Part shown: positions 26,059 to 32,648 of the stretch, piece after piece | Position numbering within the stretch: the first letter of the stretch is position 1 | How the letters are laid out: every line of letters starts with the position of its first letter | DNA from: Limisphaerales bacterium | Lineage (GTDB): Bacteria > Verrucomicrobiota > Verrucomicrobiia > Limisphaerales > SIBE01 | Direction: 5' to 3' | Assembly: GCA_044225505.1 (NCBI GenBank) | Contig: JBGAIN010000104.1 | Coordinates: forward strand, 1 to 32,648 | Length of the DNA stretch: 32,648 bases | The notes under the pieces: model-generated | The model's database searches: none | Told to the model about the DNA's origin: nothing | What the model saw: only the letters and a program-made list of their open reading frames with translations | Position numbers and translations under genes: made by a program

Positions 26059-29000
26059 ATGAAGTACGTTTTTCTGGTCATGTTGTTGGCGGCTACCATT
26101 GGTGGCAAAGCCGCCACGGTGACAACCGCTGGGAGTGGCAACTGGAACTCAACGACCGCCAACGCCCCCTGGCCAGGGGGCACGGTTCCGCAGAGCACCG
26201 ACGACGTTATCATTCGCGCCGGGGACGCGATCACGGTGACGGCAAATGCCACGATCAACTCGGTCGCATTTAATAACTCGAGTTCGACGCCAGCCACGAT
26301 AACCGTAAATGCCAGTGTTTTGTTTACCGTATCGACGGGAATCACCCTGCAAAATAGTGCGACCGTGGCGACATCGGCAACGATAGCCGGTTCGGGGACT
26401 GTCAATTGTGCTTCTTTAGCGGTCGGGGGAACGACCACTCCAACGATCGCTTCAACGATTACTTGCACACTAACGTCGACAGTATCCAACTTGGCCGTTT
26501 CCGGGAACATGAGTGTCCTCAGCAAGCGTCCCAGCGCTGCTGTTATTAACAATGCCTCGTTCGCCCTTGCATATGGTTCTGTCAGGGTTGGAGGCAGTGC
26601 CATCTTGAACGCAGACACGACCGCAACCGCGACTTTGACTTTAGCCACCGGCGCGCAATCCGGGACTTTAACGCTCGCGGGTGCCACCCCATTCTCTACA
26701 CCGGGAGCAGGAACTGCAACGTTCAGCCCAAACGGTACCACAGCAACCGTCCAGTATTCAGGAGGTGCCCAAACGGTTCGGGCAGTCTCTTATCGGCATC
26801 TGACATTAAGCGGAAGTGGTGTAAAAACCTTGACGAGCGTGACGACGGTGAATGGCAACCTGACACTGAGCGGCACGGCCTCGGCGACGACGGCTGCGGC
26901 GCTGACGATTGGGGGGAATCTGACGGTGAACTCGGGCACCACCTTCACCGTGGCCGGGTTTAACCTCACCGTGACCGGCACCACCTCTGTCAGTGGCACC
27001 TTAGCCCATAGCAGCGCCACGGGAACCAAGACGTTCACAGGCAACGTCACGATCAACTCGGGAGGTCTTTGGAATGAGACTGCTGCAGCTGTCATCTCCA
27101 TGGCGGGCAATCTCCAGATCGACGGCACTTTCACAGCCAGCACTGGGTTGCACACCTTGAGTGGTGCGGGCAAGACCTTGAGTGGTCTCAATGCCATCGT
27201 CATTCGCAGTCTCACGGTCAGTGGCACTTACCAGAACAACGGCACCTTGACCGTCAACACCGCTTTAGCTGGCGCAGGCACCCTCACGCAAGGGACTGGC
27301 GCCATTCTCAATCTCGGTGGGACCAGTGCTATCACCGGCCTCACTGCCACGGCCAATCCCAACACCGTCAACTACACCGGCGCCGCTCAAACCGTCAAAG
27401 CCACCGCGTATAACATTCTCAATCTTCAGGGGAGCGGGGCTAAGACCCTGACGAGCGTGACGACGGTGAATGGCAACCTGACCTTAAGCGGCACGGCCAC
27501 GGCGACGACGGCTGCGGCGTTGACGATTGGGGGGAATCTGACCGTGAACTCAGGCACCACCTTCACCGTGGCCGGGTTTAACCTCACCGTGACCGGCACC
27601 ACCTCTGTCAGTGGCACCTTAGCCCATAGCAGCGCCACGGGAACCAAGACGTTCACAGGCAACGTCACGATCAACTCGGGAGGTCTTTGGAATGAGACTG
27701 CTGCAGCTGTCATCTCCATGGCGGGCAATCTCCAGATCGACGGCACTTTCACAGCCAGCACTGGGTTGCACACCTTGAGTGGTGCGGGCAAGACCTTGAG
27801 TGGTCTCAATGCCATCGTCATTCGCAGTCTCACGGTCAGTGGCACTTACCAGAATAACGGCACCTTGACCGTCAACACCGCTTTAGCTGGCGCAGGCACC
27901 CTCACGCAAGGGACTGGCGCCATTCTCAATCTCGGTGGGACCAGTGCTATCACCGGCCTCACTGCCACGGCCAATCCCAACACCGTCAATTACACCGGCG
28001 CCGCTCAGACCGTCAAAGCCACCGCGTATAACATTCTCAATCTTCAGGGGAGCGGGGCTAAGACCCTGACGAGCGTGACGACGGTGAATGGCAACCTGAC
28101 CTTAAGCGGCACGGCCACGGCGACGACGGCTGCGGCGTTGACGATTGGGGGGAATCTGACCGTGAACTCAGGCACCACCTTCACCGTGGCCGGGTTTAAC
28201 CTCACCGTGACCGGCACCACCTCTGTCAGTGGCACCTTAGCCCATAGCAGCGCCACGGGAACCAAGACGTTCACAGGCAACGTCACGATCAACTCGGGAG
28301 GTCTTTGGAATGAGACCCTGATTATCTCCGGTTCTAACACTAAGACCTTGTTGGCCAGTATCGGAATTGCCGGCAACCTGACTGTATCGGCAGGCACTCT
28401 GGACTTAGTCACCTTTACGGCCGATCGCACAGCAGCAGGTGGCACACTGACATTGGCCGCCGGGTCCACTTTGAAGATTGGGGGCACACGCACGCTGCCG
28501 GCGAATTATAGCGCGCACTCCATCAACGCGACCAGCACGGTTGAGTACTCAGGCTCCGATCAGACCGTGGCCATTCTCAACAGCGCACAAAGCTACGGGC
28601 ATTTAACACTGTCTGGGAGCGGGACCAAAACTCTGACCGGGACCACAATCAGCGGCAACCTGACCTTAAGCGGCACGGCCACGGCGACGACGGCTGCGGC
28701 GTTGACGATTGGGGGGAATCTGACCGTGAACTCAGGCACCACTTTCACGGTGGCCGGGTTTAACCTCACCGTGACCGGCACCACCTCTGTCAGTGGCACC
28801 TTAGCCCATAGCAGCGCCACGGGAACCAAGACGTTCACAGGCAACGTCACGATCAACTCGGGAGGTCTTTGGAATGAGACCGCTGCGGCTGTCATCTCCA
28901 TGGCGGGCAATCTCCAGATCGACGGCACTTTCACAGCCAGCACTGGGTTGCACACCTTGAGTGGTGCGGGCAAGACCTTGAGCGGTCTCAACGCTCTGGC

Positions 29001-30405
29001 TATTCCCAGTGTTACCGTCAGTGGCACTTACCAGAACAACGGCACCTTGACCGTGAACACGGCCACCTCTTTAGCTGGCGCGGGCACACTCACGCAAGGG
29101 ACTGGTGCCATACTCAATCTCGGTGGGACCAGCGCCATCACGGGCCTCACTGCCACGGCCAATCCCAATACCGTCAACTACACCGGCGCCGCCCAAACCG
29201 TCAAAGCCATCACCTACCATCATCTGACGATGAGTGGTTCAGGCGCGAAATCTTTGAGCGGAACGATTGCCGTCGGTGGCGATCTCACAGTGTCCGCCGT
29301 CACCTTGGACTTGCTCGCCTTCACCGCGGACCGAACAAGCGCAGGAGGCACGTTGACTCTAAACAGCGGAGCATCCCTCAAAATCGGCGGCACGGGTAGC
29401 TTCCCAGCCAATTATACGACCCATTCTATTCATTCCGCCTCCACAATCGAGTTCTCCGGAACCACCCAATCCATTGACGTTCTTAATAGCGCACAAAACT
29501 ACGGAAGCCTGATTATCTCCGGTTCTAACACTAAGACCTTGTTGGCCAGTATCGGAATTGCCGGCAACCTGACTGTATCGGCAGGCACTCTGGACTTAGT
29601 CACCTTTACGGCCGATCGCACAGCAGCAGGTGGCACACTGACATTGGCCGCCGGGTCCACTTTGAAGATTGGGGGCACACGCACGCTGCCGGCGAATTAT
29701 AGCGCGCACTCCATCAACGCGACCAGCACGGTTGAGTACTCAGGCTCCGATCAGACCGTGGCCATTCTCAACAGCGCACAAAGCTACGGGCATTTAACAC
29801 TGTCTGGGAGCGGGACCAAAACTCTGACCGGGACCACAATCAGCGGCAACCTGACCTTAAGCGGCACGGCCACGGCGACGACGGCTGCGGCGTTGACGAT
29901 TGGGGGGAATCTGACCGTGAACTCAGGCACCACTTTCACGGTGGCCGGGTTTAACCTCACCGTGACCGGCACCACCTCTGTCAGTGGCACCTTAGCCCAT
30001 AGCAGCGCCACGGGAACCAAGACGTTCACAGGCAACGTCACGATCAACTCGGGAGGTCTTTGGAATGAGACCGCTGCGGCTGTCATCTCCATGGCGGGCA
30101 ATCTCCAGATCGACGGCACTTTCACAGCCAGCACTGGGTTGCACACCTTGAGTGGTGCGGGCAAGACCTTGAGCGGTCTCAACGCTCTGGCTATTCCCAG
30201 TGTTACCGTCAGTGGCACTTACCAGAACAACGGCACCTTGACCGTGAACACGGCCTCTTTAGCTGGCGCGGGCACCCTCACGCAAGGGACAGGCGCCATT
30301 CTCAATCTCGGTGGGACCAGTGCTATCACCGGCCTCACTGCCACAGCCAATCAACACCGTCAACTACACCGGCGCTGCCCAGACTGTCAAAGCCACCGCG
30401 TATAA
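26059..30405 (+). CDS. Giant secreted repetitive beta-strand-rich surface protein / adhesin (5' part; the reading frame is lost at about 30350 but the gene clearly continues)
   Basis: Signal peptide, N-terminal SGNW...W.GG.VP...DDVII motif, then T/G/A/S-rich repeats (Y..L.LSGSG.KTL, GNLTLSGTA, TVNYTGAAQTV). The last 18 or so aa of the called ORF are out of frame. Confidence 0.8.
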   Translation: MKYVFLVMLLAATIGGKAATVTTAGSGNWNSTTANAPWPGGTVPQSTDDVIIRAGDAITVTANATINSVAFNNSSSTPATITVNASVLFTVSTGITLQNSATVATSATIAGSGTVNCASLAVGGTTTPTIASTITCTLTSTVSNLAVSGNMSVLSKRPSAAVINNASFALAYGSVRVGGSAILNADTTATATLTLATGAQSGTLTLAGATPFSTPGAGTATFSPNGTTATVQYSGGAQTVRAVSYRHLTLSGSGVKTLTSVTTVNGNLTLSGTASATTAAALTIGGNLTVNSGTTFTVAGFNLTVTGTTSVSGTLAHSSATGTKTFTGNVTINSGGLWNETAAAVISMAGNLQIDGTFTASTGLHTLSGAGKTLSGLNAIVIRSLTVSGTYQNNGTLTVNTALAGAGTLTQGTGAILNLGGTSAITGLTATANPNTVNYTGAAQTVKATAYNILNLQGSGAKTLTSVTTVNGNLTLSGTATATTAAALTIGGNLTVNSGTTFTVAGFNLTVTGTTSVSGTLAHSSATGTKTFTGNVTINSGGLWNETAAAVISMAGNLQIDGTFTASTGLHTLSGAGKTLSGLNAIVIRSLTVSGTYQNNGTLTVNTALAGAGTLTQGTGAILNLGGTSAITGLTATANPNTVNYTGAAQTVKATAYNILNLQGSGAKTLTSVTTVNGNLTLSGTATATTAAALTIGGNLTVNSGTTFTVAGFNLTVTGTTSVSGTLAHSSATGTKTFTGNVTINSGGLWNETLIISGSNTKTLLASIGIAGNLTVSAGTLDLVTFTADRTAAGGTLTLAAGSTLKIGGTRTLPANYSAHSINATSTVEYSGSDQTVAILNSAQSYGHLTLSGSGTKTLTGTTISGNLTLSGTATATTAAALTIGGNLTVNSGTTFTVAGFNLTVTGTTSVSGTLAHSSATGTKTFTGNVTINSGGLWNETAAAVISMAGNLQIDGTFTASTGLHTLSGAGKTLSGLNALAIPSVTVSGTYQNNGTLTVNTATSLAGAGTLTQGTGAILNLGGTSAITGLTATANPNTVNYTGAAQTVKAITYHHLTMSGSGAKSLSGTIAVGGDLTVSAVTLDLLAFTADRTSAGGTLTLNSGASLKIGGTGSFPANYTTHSIHSASTIEFSGTTQSIDVLNSAQNYGSLIISGSNTKTLLASIGIAGNLTVSAGTLDLVTFTADRTAAGGTLTLAAGSTLKIGGTRTLPANYSAHSINATSTVEYSGSDQTVAILNSAQSYGHLTLSGSGTKTLTGTTISGNLTLSGTATATTAAALTIGGNLTVNSGTTFTVAGFNLTVTGTTSVSGTLAHSSATGTKTFTGNVTINSGGLWNETAAAVISMAGNLQIDGTFTASTGLHTLSGAGKTLSGLNALAIPSVTVSGTYQNNGTLTVNTASLAGAGTLTQGTGAILNLGGTSAITGLTATANQHRQLHRRCPDCQSHRV
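26832..28316 (+). repeat. 618-bp (206-aa) near-identical tandem repeat: two full copies plus a partial third
   Basis: GACGAGCGTGACGACGGTGAATGGCAACCTGAC starts at 26832, 27450 and 28068. Confidence 0.9.
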
Positions 30406-31180
30406 CATTCTCAATCTTCAGGGAGCGGGGCTAAGACCCTGACGAGCGTGACGACGGTGAATGGCAACCTGACCTTAAGCGGCACGGCCACGGCGACGAC
30501 GGCTGCGGCGTTGACGATTGGGGGAATCTGACCGTGAACTCAGGCACCACCTTCACCGTGGCCGGGTTTAACCTCACCGTGACCGGCACCACCTCTGTCA
30601 GTGGCACCTTAGCCCATAGCAGCGCCACGGGGAACCAAGACGTTCACAGGCAACGTCACGATCCAACTCGGGGAGGTCTTTGGAATGAGACTGCTGCAGC
30701 TGTCATCTCCATGGCAGGCCAATCTCCAGATCGACGGCACTTTCACAGCCAGCACTGGGTTGCACACCTTGAGTGGTGCAGGCAAGGTATGAGTGGTCTC
30801 AATCCTCCCAATATTCCAGTGTTACCGTGTGCCTGCAAGGGCAACACCTTGACCGTCAACACTACTTCCGGCTGGCGCAGGCACCCTCCGCAAGGGACTG
30901 GCGCCATTCTCAATCTCGGTGGGACCGTTGCTATCACCGGCCTCACTGCCACGGCTGATCGCCCCGTCGTTACACCGGCGCCGCGCCGACCGTCAAAGCC
31001 ACCGCGTACGGAAACCTACGTCTTCCGGGAGCAGAACCGGGCCACACAGCCCGAGCGTGACGACAGTGAATGGCAACCTGACCTTAAGCAGCACGGCTAC
31101 GGCGACGACGGCGCGGCGCTGACGATTGGGGAATCTGACCGTGAACTCAGGCACCACCTTGCCGTGGCCGGGTTTAACCA
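30350..31180 (+). other. Indel-rich copies of the 618-bp repeat (probable sequencing/assembly errors, or a locally degenerate segment)
   Basis: Relative to intact copies: AATCCCAAC becomes AATCAAC (about 30351), G6 becomes G5 (about 30520), GGG becomes GGGG (about 30630), with many further small indels. Confidence 0.7.
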
Positions 31181-32648
31181 CCACCTCTGTCAGTGGCACC
31201 TTAGCCCATAGCAGCGCCACGGGAACCAAGACGTTCACAGGCAACGTCACGATCAACTCGGGAGGTCTTTGGAATGAGACCGCTGCAGCTGTCATCTCCA
31301 TGGCGGGCAATCTCCAGAATGACGGCACTCTGACAGCCAGCACTGGGGTGCACACCTTGAGTGGTGCGGGCAAGACCTTGAGCGGTCTCAACGCCATCGT
31401 CATTCCCAGTCTCACGGTCAGTGGCACTTACCAGAACAACGGCACCTTGACCGTGAACACCTCTTTAGCTGGCGCGGGCACACTCACGCAAGGGACTGGT
31501 GCCATACTCAATCTCGGTGGGACCAGCGCCATCACGGGCCTCACTGCCACGGCCAATCCCAATACCGTCAACTACACCGGCGCCGCCCAAACCGTCAAAG
31601 CCATCACCTACCATCATCTGACGATGAGTGGTTCAGGCGCGAAATCTTTGAGCGGAACGATTGCCGTCGGTGGCGATCTCACAGTGTCCGCCGTCACCTT
31701 GGACTTGCTCGCCTTCACCGCGGACCGAACAAGCGCAGGAGGCACGTTGACTCTAAACAGCGGAGCATCCCTCAAAATCGGCGGCACGGGTAGCTTCCCA
31801 GCCAATTATACGACCCATTCTATTCATTCCGCCTCCACAATCGAGTTCTCCGGAACCACCCAATCCATTGACGTTCTTAATAGCGCACAAAACTACGGAA
31901 GCCTGATTATCTCCGGTTCTAACACTAAGACCTTGTTGGCCAGTATCGGAATTGCCGGCAACCTGACTGTATCGGCAGGCACTCTGGACTTAGTCACCTT
32001 TACGGCCGATCGCACAGCAGCAGGTGGCACACTGACATTGGCCGCCGGGTCCACTTTGAAGATTGGGGGCACACGCACGCTGCCGGCGAATTATAGCGCG
32101 CACTCCATCAACGCGACCAGCACGGTTGAGTACTCAGGCTCCGATCAGACCGTGGCCATTCTCAACAGCGCACAAAGCTACGGGCATTTAACACTGTCTG
32201 GGAGCGGGACCAAAACTCTGACCGGGACCACAATCAGCGGCAACCTGACCTTAAGCGGCACGGCCACGGCGACGACGGCTGCGGCGTTGACGATTGGGGG
32301 GAATCTGACCGTGAACTCAGGCACCACTTTCACGGTGGCCGGGTTTAACCTCACCGTGACCGGCACCACCTCTGTCAGTGGCACCTTAGCCCATAGCAGC
32401 GCCACGGGAACCAAGACGTTCACAGGCAACGTCACGATCAACTCGGGAGGTCTTTGGAATGAGACCGCTGCGGCTGTCATCTCCATGGCGGGCAATCTCC
32501 AGATCGACGGCACTTTCACAGCCAGCACTGGGTTGCACACCTTGAGTGGTGCGGGCAAGACCTTGAGCGGTCTCAACGCTCTGGCTATTCCCAGTGTTAC
32601 CGTCAGTGGCACTTACCAGAACAACGGCACCTTGACCGTGAACACGGC
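31123..32648 (+). CDS. Continuation of the giant repetitive protein (open to the window end)
   Basis: The frame of 26059 is open from 31123 to 32648 and from about 31180 encodes the same repeats (TTSVSGTLAHSSATGTKTFTGNVTINSGGLWNET...). Confidence 0.75.

Larger units (their letters stand above)
28318..32648 (+). repeat. Higher-order near-identical repeats (offsets 1191 and 2394 bp)
   Basis: CTGATTATCTCCGGTTCTAACACTAAG starts at 28318, 29509 and 31903. Block 29068-30250 recurs from 31462. Confidence 0.9.

Noticed and set aside
26049..32612. Repeated minus-strand ORFs (MPLTV..., MRVPP..., MAGKL...)
   Set aside because: Antisense shadows of the repetitive plus-strand gene; they recur only because the DNA repeats.
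26832..32648. Diversity-generating retroelement or mobile element as source of the repeats
   Set aside because: No reverse transcriptase, transposase or terminal inverted repeats, and differences between copies are not adenine-specific.

Overview
Bacterial chromosomal window. The DUF4032-like small protein, the porin signal peptide and the PilX-like remnant suggest Verrucomicrobiota (Pedosphaera-like); this is inference. Left half (1-13.2 kb) is an accessory cluster: glycogen-debranching enzyme (5' truncated), GH63-like glucosidase, MIP/aquaporin with a Cys/His tail, divergent DedA(VTT) + MerA-like flavoprotein, tandem-YHS protein + GlcG/HbpS heme-binding protein, rhaM, DUF1810, SagB-type nitroreductase and a secreted fused gluconolactonase. 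Three of these transcription units share an upstream TGTAAG-N16/17-CGAC motif, a candidate ECF-sigma regulon. A convergent, AT-rich gap at 13.2-13.8 kb has five phased 11-mers and a perfect DnaA box. The middle holds a GH-like lipoprotein, O-antigen ligase-family gene, His-rich Ni/Co transporter, outer-membrane porin, murJ with a long insertion, DUF4032, a PyrR-binding RNA element overlapping the RBS of a 14-codon leader ORF, pyrR-pyrB, a degraded PilX-like pseudogene and a two-subunit class I fumarase/tartrate dehydratase. From 26059 to the window end runs a giant secreted Thr/Gly/Ala/Ser-rich protein built from near-identical nucleotide repeats, with an indel-rich stretch at about 30350-31180 that is probably a sequencing or assembly artefact. 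No tRNA, rRNA, CRISPR array or transposase was recognised. All family calls come from motif recognition, not database searches.
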